Shown: piece by piece, positions 7,948-18,400 of the stretch
How positions within the stretch are numbered: the first letter of the stretch is position 1
How the letters are laid out: each line of letters begins with the position of its first letter
DNA from: a virus
Taxonomy: Duplodnaviria; Caudoviricetes
Virus record (IMG/VR): IMGVR_UViG_3300027593_000003
Location: 1-60,356 of that record
Length of the DNA: 60,356 nt
Strand: one strand, 5' to 3'
Program-made: the position numbers and the translations under genes
The notes under the pieces: generated by a model
The model's database searches: none
What the model was told of the DNA's origin: nothing
The model's input: the letters and a program-made list of their open reading frames with translations, nothing else

Positions 7948-9357
7948 ATGGCAAGAAAATTTTTAGTTAGCGTTGATCTCAATAAGAATGAGCTTCTCAA
8001 TGCCAGAATCCAAAACCTTGGAGCTGCACCATCTAGCCCAGTAACTGGACAGATTTACTACGATACATCAAATCAAACGATGTACTACTACAATGGATTG
8101 TCATCACCAGATGGCCCATGGATGCCTATGTCTGGATCAACGGAAGTTATCCAAGATGTTATTGGCTCATCCGTAGTTGCAGGTACAGCATTAACATCAA
8201 CTTATAACGATGCCGCTGGAACAACAACATTAAAATTAAATGACACAGCCGTAACAGCTGGCTCATATGGCTCAACAGTTAAAATTCCTACATTTACAGT
8301 AGATGCTCAAGGTCGTTTGACTGCCGCAAGCGAAGTAGATGTAGCAACAGTACTTACAGTTAACGGAGACACTGGAACAACTGGTATTTCTCTATTAACA
8401 GAAGGATTACAAGTATCAGGCGGAGAAGGAATTGATGTTGTTGTAACAGACAATACAGTTACAGTATCTGCAGAAGATGCAACTTCATCAAACAAGGGTG
8501 TTGCAAGTTTTGATGCAATAGATTTTACAGCTACAGCAGGAAATATAACTTTAAACGCTGAGCGTGTACAAGACATTGTTGGAGGAATGATTGATTCTAA
8601 TACAGAGTCAGGAATTTCAGTAACGTACGATGATGTAAATGGAAAATTAGACTTTAATGTAGCAGATCCAATTATTACTCTTTCAGGAGATATAAACGGT
8701 TCTGCAACAATGACAAACCTAGGTGATGTAACAATCACAACAACTATCCAGCCAAACTCCGTAGCCCTCGGAGATGACACAACTGGAGCATATATTGCAA
8801 CAGTTGCTGGAACAGCAAATGAGGTAACAGTATCTGGTTCAGGTGGAGAAACAGCAGCAATTACAATTGGTTTGCCAGATGACGTAACAATTACTAACAA
8901 CCTTACAATTGGCGGTAACTTAAACGTAACTGGAACAATTAACTCAGTAAGCACCACTCAGGTAAATATTGTTGATAATAAGATTAATCTTAATACCGAC
9001 TTTACAGGAGCACCAACAGTAGATGCTGGTATAAGAGTAGAGCGTGGAACATCTGCTGACGTAGAAGTTCTATGGAATGAAACCTCAGACCAATGGACAC
9101 TTACAAATGATGGCACAAATTATCATGAGATTGTACGTAAATGGAAGTCTGACATTACAACAACAGAGGTTGCTCCTTATACATTTACAGCAACCCACAA
9201 TCTTGGTACAAGAGACGTAACTGTTGCAGTGTATTCAAATTCTTCACCATTTGCAGAAGTTGAAGTAGATGTTGATCATACATCACCAAACGCAGTGACC
9301 CTAACATTTGCAATCGCACCGACAGCTGGAGCATATAGAGTCGTAATTACTGGATAA
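7948..9357 (+). CDS. tail/head fibre protein
   Basis: GQIYYD, TFTVDAQGRLT, T/G/V-rich beta repeats, C-terminal HNLGT. Confidence 0.75.
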   Translation: MARKFLVSVDLNKNELLNARIQNLGAAPSSPVTGQIYYDTSNQTMYYYNGLSSPDGPWMPMSGSTEVIQDVIGSSVVAGTALTSTYNDAAGTTTLKLNDTAVTAGSYGSTVKIPTFTVDAQGRLTAASEVDVATVLTVNGDTGTTGISLLTEGLQVSGGEGIDVVVTDNTVTVSAEDATSSNKGVASFDAIDFTATAGNITLNAERVQDIVGGMIDSNTESGISVTYDDVNGKLDFNVADPIITLSGDINGSATMTNLGDVTITTTIQPNSVALGDDTTGAYIATVAGTANEVTVSGSGGETAAITIGLPDDVTITNNLTIGGNLNVTGTINSVSTTQVNIVDNKINLNTDFTGAPTVDAGIRVERGTSADVEVLWNETSDQWTLTNDGTNYHEIVRKWKSDITTTEVAPYTFTATHNLGTRDVTVAVYSNSSPFAEVEVDVDHTSPNAVTLTFAIAPTAGAYRVVITG

Positions 9358-9367
9358 GGAGAGCTAA

Positions 9368-9670
9368 GTGTCTGTAAGAAGATTAGTTCCGCTACACGCA
9401 GTAGTGCTTGATTCAGATCCAATCAATTCTAGAATTGGTGACCTGTATTATAATAGCGTTGAAAATGCTTTAAAGTTTTATGACGGTGCTGCCTGGAATT
9501 TAGTTGGCGGCGGAGCAATAACTGGATTACTTGATCACGTACATACATACGACGGAGATGTTTATTCTGTTAGCGCAAACGAAATATCTTCAGATGGATT
9601 AATTGATGGTGGAACTCCTTCAACAGTCTTTGCAGATTTGCCAAAAAATATTGACGGAGGAACACCATAA
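9368..9670 (+). CDS. small fibre adaptor (paralog of 14997..15470 C-half)
   Basis: GDLYYN..ENALKFYDG..W, LLDHVH, IDGG end; TAATG overlap. Confidence 0.7.
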   Translation: MSVRRLVPLHAVVLDSDPINSRIGDLYYNSVENALKFYDGAAWNLVGGGAITGLLDHVHTYDGDVYSVSANEISSDGLIDGGTPSTVFADLPKNIDGGTP

Positions 9671-11469
9671 TGCCTGCTAAAATTAAGATAAGAAGAGGAA
9701 CCTCCAGTCAGTGGGCATCATCTACTAATATTTTAGATCAAGGCGAACTAGGATATGATATATCTACAAAGCTAATTAAGATTGGCGACGGATCATCTTT
9801 ATGGGCTAGCCTACAACCAGTAAATAAATTTGAAATTCAAGAACTTGCACAAGATGCTATATATGAAGCATTAACTAATTTTGTAGCAACTGGACAAAAT
9901 ATAACTGCCACATATAATGATTCAAGCAATACAATGACTTTGGACACAGGCACAAATGTAGTCCTTATTACTAATTTAAATACCGCAATTTCAACTGAAG
10001 TTTCTAATAGAAATACAGCAATTGCAACTGCTAAGTCTGAAGCAATTTCAGCTTCCGCCACAGATGCCACTACAAAGGCTACAGCGGCTCAATCAGCAGC
10101 AGCAACAGATGCAACTACTAAAGTAGCAGCAGAAGCAACCCTTCGGGTATCAGGCGACGCAGCTTCTGTATCTACAGCAGCAGCAGATGCAACTACTAAG
10201 GTGGCAGCAGAAGCAGCCCTTCGAGTATCAGGCGACGCAGCCTCAGTTGCAACCGCAGCCACAGATGCAACTACTAAGGTCGCAGCAGAAGCAGCCCTTC
10301 GAGTATCAGGCGACGCAGCCTCAGTTGCAACCGCAGCAGCAGATGCAACTACAAAAGCAGGTGCTGCATTAACTTCAGCAAATAGCTACACAGATACAGC
10401 CGTCTCATCTTTAGGAAATACTGCAGCAACAACATATGTTCTTCTTTCAGACGTTGGAAATATAGATGGCGTTGCATCGCTAGACGGAACTGGAAAAATC
10501 CCAGACACAGAAATTCCAGCAGGCATTGCAAGAGATACAGAAGTTACAACAGCTATTTCAACAGCTATTAACACTCTTATTAATTCAGCCCCAGGCACAC
10601 TAGACACATTAGGTGAAATTGCTACAGCTATGGCTACTAGTGATTCTGCTGCAGCAGCCTTAGTAACTGCAGTTAATTTAAAGGCCCCTATTGCTTCACC
10701 AACCTTTACTGGTACAGTAAGCGGAATTACAAAAGATATGGTCGGCCTTGCAAATGCAGACAATACAACAGATGCTAATAAGCCAGTTTCAACTGCTACA
10801 CAAACAGCACTAGACTTAAAATTAAATTTGGCAGAACCTTCAGTAGATTATTACGTAAGCAATTCAGGAACTGGCGGATATCTTGTAAATGGAGTCTTGA
10901 ATGGAACAATTAATTTTGTAAAAGGCAAAAAATATAGAATTATTGTAAATGCAGTAGGCCACCCATTTTGGATACAAACATCATATGGAGCATACAACCC
11001 AGCAGATGTTTATTCTACGGGAGTAACAAATGCTGGAACAGATAGTGGATCAATATTAGTAGAACTTCCTTTATCAGCACCAGATGATTTATACTACGCA
11101 TGCCAGTATCACTCTACAATGAAAGGAACAATTAATTCTAAGCCTGACGAGCTTTTAGACTATGCAACCTCTTCAGCAGCAACTGCTTACACTATAACCT
11201 CTGCAAATTCCGCTAAGACAACAGAGTTTACTGCAACAACAGATGTGACAATTACAATACCATCTGACCCATCTAATACAACTTGGCCGATTGGTACTTC
11301 TCTTGAATTAAGACAGATGGGAGTAGGCAGACTTATATTCTCCGCAACATCCCCCGCAACAATTGTTTCAACAGATGGATATTTAAAAACAAGAACACAA
11401 TATTCCTCAGCATTTTTAGAAAAAAGAGCTTCAAACGCATGGATACTAACTGGAGATATTGACGCATAA
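9670..11469 (+). CDS. fibre protein: Mtd-N-like start, Ala-rich coiled coil, cupredoxin-like domain, GDIDA terminal domain
   Basis: IKIRRGT..QW...GELGYD...KIGDG; APGTLDTLGEI; GHPF...CQYHSTM. Confidence 0.8.
   Translation: MPAKIKIRRGTSSQWASSTNILDQGELGYDISTKLIKIGDGSSLWASLQPVNKFEIQELAQDAIYEALTNFVATGQNITATYNDSSNTMTLDTGTNVVLITNLNTAISTEVSNRNTAIATAKSEAISASATDATTKATAAQSAAATDATTKVAAEATLRVSGDAASVSTAAADATTKVAAEAALRVSGDAASVATAATDATTKVAAEAALRVSGDAASVATAAADATTKAGAALTSANSYTDTAVSSLGNTAATTYVLLSDVGNIDGVASLDGTGKIPDTEIPAGIARDTEVTTAISTAINTLINSAPGTLDTLGEIATAMATSDSAAAALVTAVNLKAPIASPTFTGTVSGITKDMVGLANADNTTDANKPVSTATQTALDLKLNLAEPSVDYYVSNSGTGGYLVNGVLNGTINFVKGKKYRIIVNAVGHPFWIQTSYGAYNPADVYSTGVTNAGTDSGSILVELPLSAPDDLYYACQYHSTMKGTINSKPDELLDYATSSAATAYTITSANSAKTTEFTATTDVTITIPSDPSNTTWPIGTSLELRQMGVGRLIFSATSPATIVSTDGYLKTRTQYSSAFLEKRASNAWILTGDIDA
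10105..10352 (+). repeat. three 78-nt (26-aa) tandem repeats
   Basis: TDATTKVAAEAALRVSGDAASVATAA units at 10105, 10183, 10261. Confidence 0.9.
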
Positions 11470-12845
11470 TGTCAAGACCAAGAGCAAGAAGAAGAAAAGT
11501 AGCCGTAGTCTCATCAAGACTAAAAGGATTTTTATCATTTCAAGAACTTTTTCAAAGCGGATTAAGAAACGGCTGGAAAGTTGTAAGATCTGGTTGGTCT
11601 GCGGGATCGGGTGCAGTTTCCGCATCAAACCCAACACAATATCCTTTATTGTCTACAACAATGTCAAAGACAAATGTCACAATAGAAATTACAGAGCCAG
11701 GTATTGGTACAGGCGCAGCACTTTGGGTTACTGACTCAGGTAACTGGTATGGAGTTGTAACATCTCAAGAAGTTTCGTCAGGAACGGGTAATTGCGGCAC
11801 ATACTCTGCAATAAATAATTGTGGATATACAAATCCATGTGTAGCAACAGGCGGATTTTATACTAATAGTGGGTACGAAGATTTTGGATATCAATGTATT
11901 AACACATCAACATACTCATGGAACGGAAACCCTGCAAGTTACGGAAACTATAGTTGTTCTTGCCCAAATGCTAATAACTGTGCATTTGGATATGTTGCTT
12001 CTGGAAACTATTCTCTTTCTTATTGTGCAAATATTTCATATAGCGCAAACTATTGTGGATATTATACTCAAGCACATCAATACTATGATAATTGTAAAAC
12101 TGGAGGAAATTGTGTAGCAACAGGAGGAAACTGTAGAACCTATGGAAACTGTTTAGTTTATGGTAGCTACTATATCTCTTGTTGCAAAGCTTATAATACA
12201 TACAATTCTTGTGCCTATACAAATCCATGCGTAGGTGGATATATTTATTGGACAACTCAAGAGTCACTTGCTCCTTGTTGTGCTCTAGGATACACTGCAG
12301 ATTACGTAGCAAGTAACTGTGCAACTGGAAGCCCATCAACAAATAACGCTTGTGGATACTGTGGCACTATAGAAGCACAACCTGCTGGATCAGTAACAAA
12401 TAATTGTAGTTGCTGCGGCAGAACAGCGCAAGACATTCGTTTAGTCCTTTACCCACAAGACAGCTATAACCCTTGCGGAGCTGGAGGAAACTGCGTTCAA
12501 ACTGGTGGAAATTGCACAAGTTATCAAGACACTTATCCTAGAAAAATTAAAATATTTAAATACGCATCAAACGTATTAACTGAGGTTGCTTCACAAACTT
12601 TAGACTCATTAACTTCTTATCCCGTTATTAGATCTTTAAAGATTATAGTAACTAATGCAGTAAAAGGCGGATCAACTGCTACAATAACAACAAAAACATA
12701 TTCAGATACCTTATTTACAAATCAAATAGGTTCTGATTTTATACACCAGGCAACAGGATTGAAAGTTAATACCAATTACGGTATAATTGCTAATCCAAGC
12801 GCTTACAATCAAAATATATCAGTACAAAAAATACTAATCTCTTAA
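11469..12845 (+). CDS. cysteine-rich virion-associated protein (cargo 1)
   Basis: Basic N-terminus, beta-rich flanks, 28 Cys in 11793-12515 with GGNC/YxNPC motifs. Confidence 0.8.
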   Translation: MSRPRARRRKVAVVSSRLKGFLSFQELFQSGLRNGWKVVRSGWSAGSGAVSASNPTQYPLLSTTMSKTNVTIEITEPGIGTGAALWVTDSGNWYGVVTSQEVSSGTGNCGTYSAINNCGYTNPCVATGGFYTNSGYEDFGYQCINTSTYSWNGNPASYGNYSCSCPNANNCAFGYVASGNYSLSYCANISYSANYCGYYTQAHQYYDNCKTGGNCVATGGNCRTYGNCLVYGSYYISCCKAYNTYNSCAYTNPCVGGYIYWTTQESLAPCCALGYTADYVASNCATGSPSTNNACGYCGTIEAQPAGSVTNNCSCCGRTAQDIRLVLYPQDSYNPCGAGGNCVQTGGNCTSYQDTYPRKIKIFKYASNVLTEVASQTLDSLTSYPVIRSLKIIVTNAVKGGSTATITTKTYSDTLFTNQIGSDFIHQATGLKVNTNYGIIANPSAYNQNISVQKILIS

Positions 12846-12858
12846 AGGGGGGCAAGAA

Positions 12859-13071
12859 ATGACAATAGAAATTCCACAATGGACATTTGTAACTAAAGAA
12901 GAAGAAGCTACAAAAGTTAGATTTGCAATATGTGTAGATGACACAGTTCAGCAAATCATGGAAGTTAATTTAGCACAAGCTGCGCTATGGGTATTAAACC
13001 CAGTAGTAGTACGATGCAACGATTTAGCTACACCAGGAGATTCTCGAGCAGATGCAGTAGCAGGTCTGTAA
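12859..13071 (+). CDS. small hypothetical, possible fibre chaperone (paralog of 13771..14067)
   Basis: FAICVDDTVQQIM vs LALVIDNEVVDIM. Confidence 0.65.
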   Translation: MTIEIPQWTFVTKEEEATKVRFAICVDDTVQQIMEVNLAQAALWVLNPVVVRCNDLATPGDSRADAVAGL

Positions 13072-13770
13072 ATGAAGGTAATAAAGTTTATACCTTGGGT
13101 AGAACACTATCCATTGGTTAAACCTGTCAGGTCACAAATTCCACAATGGTGGAAAAAAGGTGAGACTGAAGTTATTATTAATGGAGAAAAACAGGGTAAC
13201 GGAATGAAATCTTGTATACCCTTTATGGAAATAATGTCAGGCGGATATGAAATATTAACTCCATTTGACATCCATGTCATTAAAGACGAAGATGGCAATA
13301 CTCAAGTCAGATGGCAAGGGCCAGAGGGCTGGGATGATTTTGTTGGCGAAAGAGCAAAAGAGCTGGGTGCGACGATACCTAGACCTGCGGGGCATTTACC
13401 AATGGGTTTTATTTGGTCCTGCAAGTGGTCTTGGAAAACACCAAAAGGATATAGCACATTTGTAACTCATCCATTTAATCGATACGAATTGCCATTTACC
13501 ACTTTAAACGGAATTATAGATAGCGATGGTTTTCACGGAAACGGAAATATACCATTTTTTATTAAAGAAGATTTTTCAGGGACTATTCCAGAAGGAACTC
13601 CTTTTGTACAGATATTCCCATTCAAAAGAGACAAGTGGAAAATGTGGACAGACAACTCTTTTAATGCTAGAATATTAGAAGATCAAAATAAAAATTTACG
13701 AACTGCTGATGAAAATGGACTATACCCTTGGTCTTATAAAAAAAGGTTTTGGAAAAAGAAAGAGTTTTAA
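13072..13770 (+). CDS. DUF6065-related / dUTPase-like fold protein
   Basis: PQWWK, KSCIPF, TPKGYS, GIIDSD, GTPFVQIFPFKR. Confidence 0.7.
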   Translation: MKVIKFIPWVEHYPLVKPVRSQIPQWWKKGETEVIINGEKQGNGMKSCIPFMEIMSGGYEILTPFDIHVIKDEDGNTQVRWQGPEGWDDFVGERAKELGATIPRPAGHLPMGFIWSCKWSWKTPKGYSTFVTHPFNRYELPFTTLNGIIDSDGFHGNGNIPFFIKEDFSGTIPEGTPFVQIFPFKRDKWKMWTDNSFNARILEDQNKNLRTADENGLYPWSYKKRFWKKKEF

Positions 13771-14067
13771 ATGTTTAAAAGAAAAACAATTTATAAAAGA
13801 AGCCCAAAAGCAAATGACTTTAACGCACCCAAAGAATTCCACGAGGGCAATAAAATATTTACCCTAGCCCTAGTTATTGATAATGAAGTTGTTGACATAA
13901 TGAGAACAGAAGAGCGGCTAATGTCTATCTTAACAAGCGAGCCCAAAATCATAGATTTGACAACAAAAGATTATAAAGTCCACGTAGGCTGGACTTACCT
14001 AGAAGAAGAAGGGGAGTTTATATCTAATGAAGTTAAAGAAGAAGATAGTTCAGGCGCAGACGTCTGA
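13771..14067 (+). CDS. small hypothetical, possible fibre chaperone
   Basis: LALVIDNEVV...VGWTY..GEF. Confidence 0.65.
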   Translation: MFKRKTIYKRSPKANDFNAPKEFHEGNKIFTLALVIDNEVVDIMRTEERLMSILTSEPKIIDLTTKDYKVHVGWTYLEEEGEFISNEVKEEDSSGADV

Positions 14068-14695
14068 TAGAACAGTAGATTTTACACCTCCCGTCCCAGC
14101 AAAAACAGAAATACCAGATTGGTTTAAATCAATCCCATCCTTGGTAGAAGGAGAAATGTCTATCAAGCGTTGTGTTCCAGTTTTAGATGCATTTACGGCG
14201 GGATATATAATTGTTTCTAATGTTGATTTTATGTTTGATGAAGAATCAGGAAGATTTTTAGATAATGCTTCTTACAGTAGCCCAATAAGCCACCACTTGG
14301 ACTTTCAAACTGAAGACATGCAGATAGACAAAAATTTAAACCCTCATCCATTTAAATGGAATAATCAATGGCATCTTAAACTTCCAAAAGGATACAGCCT
14401 ATTAATTACACACCCACTAAATAGAACAGAGCTTCCCTTTCACAGCCTAACTGGAATTGTTGATGCAGATGTTCATCCAGTAGTAATTAACTTCCCGTTT
14501 TTTATGAAAAAAGGTTTTAGCGGATTAATCCCAGCTGGTACACCCCTAGTTCAAATTATTCCAATCAAGAGGGAGCCCTGGAAATTAAAAGTAAATGATC
14601 AAGATACCTATTTTTATAAGGATTTTTGGAAATGGAACTCTCAGCCAGAAGCAACATATAAAAGAAAGTTTTGGCAAAGAAAGGATTACAGCTAA
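14027..14695 (+). CDS. DUF6065-related / dUTPase-like fold protein
   Basis: PDWFK, KRCVPVLDA, PKGYS, GIVDAD, GTPLVQIIPIKR. Confidence 0.7.
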   Translation: MKLKKKIVQAQTSDRTVDFTPPVPAKTEIPDWFKSIPSLVEGEMSIKRCVPVLDAFTAGYIIVSNVDFMFDEESGRFLDNASYSSPISHHLDFQTEDMQIDKNLNPHPFKWNNQWHLKLPKGYSLLITHPLNRTELPFHSLTGIVDADVHPVVINFPFFMKKGFSGLIPAGTPLVQIIPIKREPWKLKVNDQDTYFYKDFWKWNSQPEATYKRKFWQRKDYS

Positions 14696-14931
14696 TGCCT
14701 GATAGTCCAAAAAAAGCAAGACCCTGGGATTTGTTTACTTCAAAGACTAGAGTTCCAATTGAGATTGCCCTTGAAAGATATGAGATTTGCAAAGGTTGTC
14801 CCGAACTTATTCAGACAACTAAGACATGTAAAAAATGCGGATGCTTTATGGCAGCCAAAACAAAACTTCCACATGCTTCCTGCCCACTTGGCAAATGGGA
14901 TGCAATTGAAGTGGCTCCTAAAGAAGAATAA
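14695..14931 (+). CDS. small Cys-rich metal-binding protein (DUF6171-like)
   Basis: CKGC...CKKCGC...CPLGKW; start by TAATG overlap. Confidence 0.7.
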   Translation: MPDSPKKARPWDLFTSKTRVPIEIALERYEICKGCPELIQTTKTCKKCGCFMAAKTKLPHASCPLGKWDAIEVAPKEE

Positions 14932-14996
14932 CACCTTTGCTTAAACGGTGAATTTAATAAATCTTGGTGTATAATTAGGGAAGGAGCGTACAGTAT

Positions 14997-15470
14997 ATGG
15001 CAATAACCTTTCCAGCTAGTCTGGATAATTTCACCAATCCTCAGTCTGTGAGTTCGGTTGCTAACCCTTCACATTCTCAACAGCATTCTGATGCTAATGA
15101 TGCCATAGAAGCTCTTCAAGCTAAAATAGGTGTTAACAATTCAACCGTACCTACAACTATAGATTATAGAGTTAAAACTCTTGAGCTAGGTATTGCAAAA
15201 AGAATTCAAACGCTATCTGCCGCCCCATCTTCTCCAGAAACTGGCGCAGTCTATTTTGATATTTTTGAAAACACGATTAAGGTTTATAATGGAGTAGTAT
15301 GGTACGACGTGGCTGGCCCAAAGTCTATTCTTGAGCACGATCACGAAATCAATGGATTGGTTAATTCTGTAGACTATGGAAACTATGTTAGCGAAGACAA
15401 GATTTTTGCAAACGCTGGCTCAACTTCCTCAGCTTATATAGATAACTATATCGACGGGGGTGGTGCATAA
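14997..15470 (+). CDS. small fibre adaptor
   Basis: FPASLD..., HSDANDAIEALQ, GAVYFD..ENTIKVYNG..W, IDGG end. Confidence 0.7.
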   Translation: MAITFPASLDNFTNPQSVSSVANPSHSQQHSDANDAIEALQAKIGVNNSTVPTTIDYRVKTLELGIAKRIQTLSAAPSSPETGAVYFDIFENTIKVYNGVVWYDVAGPKSILEHDHEINGLVNSVDYGNYVSEDKIFANAGSTSSAYIDNYIDGGGA

Positions 15471-18400
15471 TGGCAATTAGAATTCAATTACGCAGAGATA
15501 CAGCAGCAAATTGGACTTCAGTAAATCCTGTTTTAAAAGCAGGAGAATTTGGTATTGAAACAGATACACTTAAGGTAAAAGTAGGTAACGGTACAAGTAC
15601 ATGGACTCAAATATCCAGCTACCTTAATATTACACCTGCACAGCTAGCAACCACAGTTACATCAGTAAATGCCTATACAGACACAGCCGTAGCATCGCTA
15701 GGTAACACAGCAGCAAACACATATGTTCCACTTTCAGATGTAGGAAATATAGACGGAGTTGCCTCCCTTGACGGAACTGGAAAAATCCCAGACACAGAGA
15801 TCCCAGCAGGAATAACTAGAGATACAGAGCTATCTGCAGCAATTAGCACAGAAGTTACAAACAGAAATTTAGCAATAACAAATGCAATAAGTAATCTTAT
15901 TGATGGTGCCCCAGCAGCTTTAGATACGCTTAATGAACTTGCCGCAGCAATAAATGACGATGCATCTTATGCAGCAACTATAACAACGGCACTTGGTTTA
16001 AAAGCACCTCTAGCTTCACCATCTCTAACTGGAACCCCTCTTGCACCAACAGCAGCAGTAGATACCAATACAACACAGATTGCAACTACAGCATTTGCTA
16101 AAAAAGAAGCAGATGACGCAGAAGCAGCAGCAGCCACAGATGCAACTACTAAGGTCGCAGCAGAAGCAGCCCTTCGAGTATCAGGCGACGCAGCCTCAGT
16201 TGCAACCGCAGCAACAGATGCAACTACTAAGGTTGCAGCAGAAGCAGCCCTTCGAGTATCAGGCGACGCAGCCTCAGTTTCAACCGCAGCCACAGATGCA
16301 ACTACTAAGGTCGCAGCAGAAGCAGCCCTTCGAGTATCAGGCGACGCAGCCTCAGTTGCAACCGCAGCAACAGACGCTACTACTAAAGCTAACGCAGCCC
16401 AAGCAGCAGCAATCGCAGCAGCAGCAACAGACGCTACTACTAAAGCAGATGCCGCTCAAGCAGCAGCAATCGCTGCAGCAGCAACAGCAGCAGGCTCAGC
16501 GCTTACTTCAGCCATCGCAACAGAAGTTACAAATCGAAATACTGCAATTACAAACGCAGTAGACGGACTTGTTGATGGAGCACCAGCACTTCTTAATACG
16601 CTTAATGAACTAGCTGCAGCAATTAATGATGATGCTAATTACACAACAACTATTACAACTGCTTTAGGAACAAAAGCTCCTTTAGATTCACCAGCGCTTA
16701 CTGGTACACCTACAGCACCCACAGCAGGCGCAAATACTAGTACAACACAGATTGCAACTACAGCATTTGCTAAAGCAGAAGCAGACGCAGCAGAGGCAGC
16801 AGCAATCGCAGCAGCAGCAACAGACGCTACTACTAAAGCTAACGCAGCCCAAGCAGCAGCAGCCACAGACGCTACTACTAAAGCTAACGCAGCCCAAGCA
16901 GCAGCAGCCACAGACGCTACTACTAAAGCTAACGCAGCCCAAGCAGCAGCAGCCACAGATGCTACTACTAAAGCTAACGCAGCCCAAGCAGCAGCAGCAA
17001 CAGACGCTACTACTAAAGCTAACGCAGCCCAAGCAGCAGCAGCAACAGACGCTACTACTAAAGCAGATGCCGCTCAAGCAGCAGCAATCGCTGCAGCAGC
17101 AACAGCAGCAGGCTCAGCGCTTACTTCAGCCATCGCAACAGAAGTTACAAATCGAAACACTGCAATTTCAGGAGCAGTAAGCACATTAGTAGATGGTGCA
17201 CCAGATCTTCTTAATACATTAAATGAAATAGCGGCAGCAATTAACGATGATCAAAACTATACAACAACTATTACCACAGCTCTGGGAACAAAGGCACCAC
17301 TAGCCTCCCCAGCGTTTACTGGAACAGTTACTGGTATTGATAAAACAATGGTTGGCCTTGCTAACGTTGATAATACAACAGATGCCCTTAAACCAATATC
17401 AACAGCTACACAGACTGCTCTTAATCTTAAAGCGCCACTAGCGTCACCAACGTTTACAGGAACAGTGGTTCTTCCAGATAATACAATTACTAACGCAATG
17501 CTGGCTGGATCAATTGCAAATGCTAAACTTGCAAACTCTTCCATTACAATTAATGGAAACGCAGTATCTTTAGGTGGAACTGTTACTTTAGCTACTGGAC
17601 AAGCGGCAACTGAAAGCACACTTGGAACAGTATATGGAAAAGTAACACTAGCTGGAGTTGATAATACATCTCTAGGAAGTCTAACCTTTCAAAATACAGA
17701 GACTGGTATTTTAAACACCGCTATTGGTAATGAATCCTTAAGAACTCTATCTAGTGGAGAAAGAAATACAGTAGTAGGTTATCAGGCGGGTACACTTATA
17801 GAGACTGGATCAGATAACACCCTACTAGGAACAGGTGCAGGAAATACTTTGCTTAGCGGAGTCAATAATATTATTATTGGTTCTAACGCCCAAGCAGCTA
17901 CAAACAGCACAAGCAATGAAATCATTATCGGAAATGGTTCAATTACAACATTTAAGATTCCAGGAATTGGCCTTGTAGCATCAGCAACAGACTATATTAT
18001 TACTGCAACAGCTGCACAAAATTTAACCAACAAAACAATAACATCACCAACAATTATTAGTCCGATATTTCAAGGTCCAATATCGGTCTTTTCTCCAACA
18101 GATGATAGCCACGCAATAAACAGAGGCTATTTAGTTGCAGAGTTAGCAGATGCCGTCGGAAGCGATATAATTCCTTTAGACAGCCTATCTCAATTATTTG
18201 ACGGATATACTTCAAGATTCCGTTTAAAGTTTAATGGAGCAACCTTTGATCCAACAAATCCATATAAGCTTTTGATAACAATTAATGGTATAATTCAAAT
18301 ATTGGGAAACCAAGATCAACACTGGCTCAGCGCACTACCTTCTGAGGGATACTTTGTAGATAATGATGGATATATACAGTTCGGGGAACCAATCCCAGCT

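Noticed and set aside
11469-11530. Tat signal peptide (RRRK)
   Set aside because: No hydrophobic h-region follows the arginines
16820-17063. Possible CRISPR array
   Set aside because: Contiguous in-frame coding repeats with no unique spacers
15967-17180. Poly-Gln, poly-Cys and antisense Ala-rich ORFs
   Set aside because: Shadow frames of GCA-rich Ala repeats in the fibre gene
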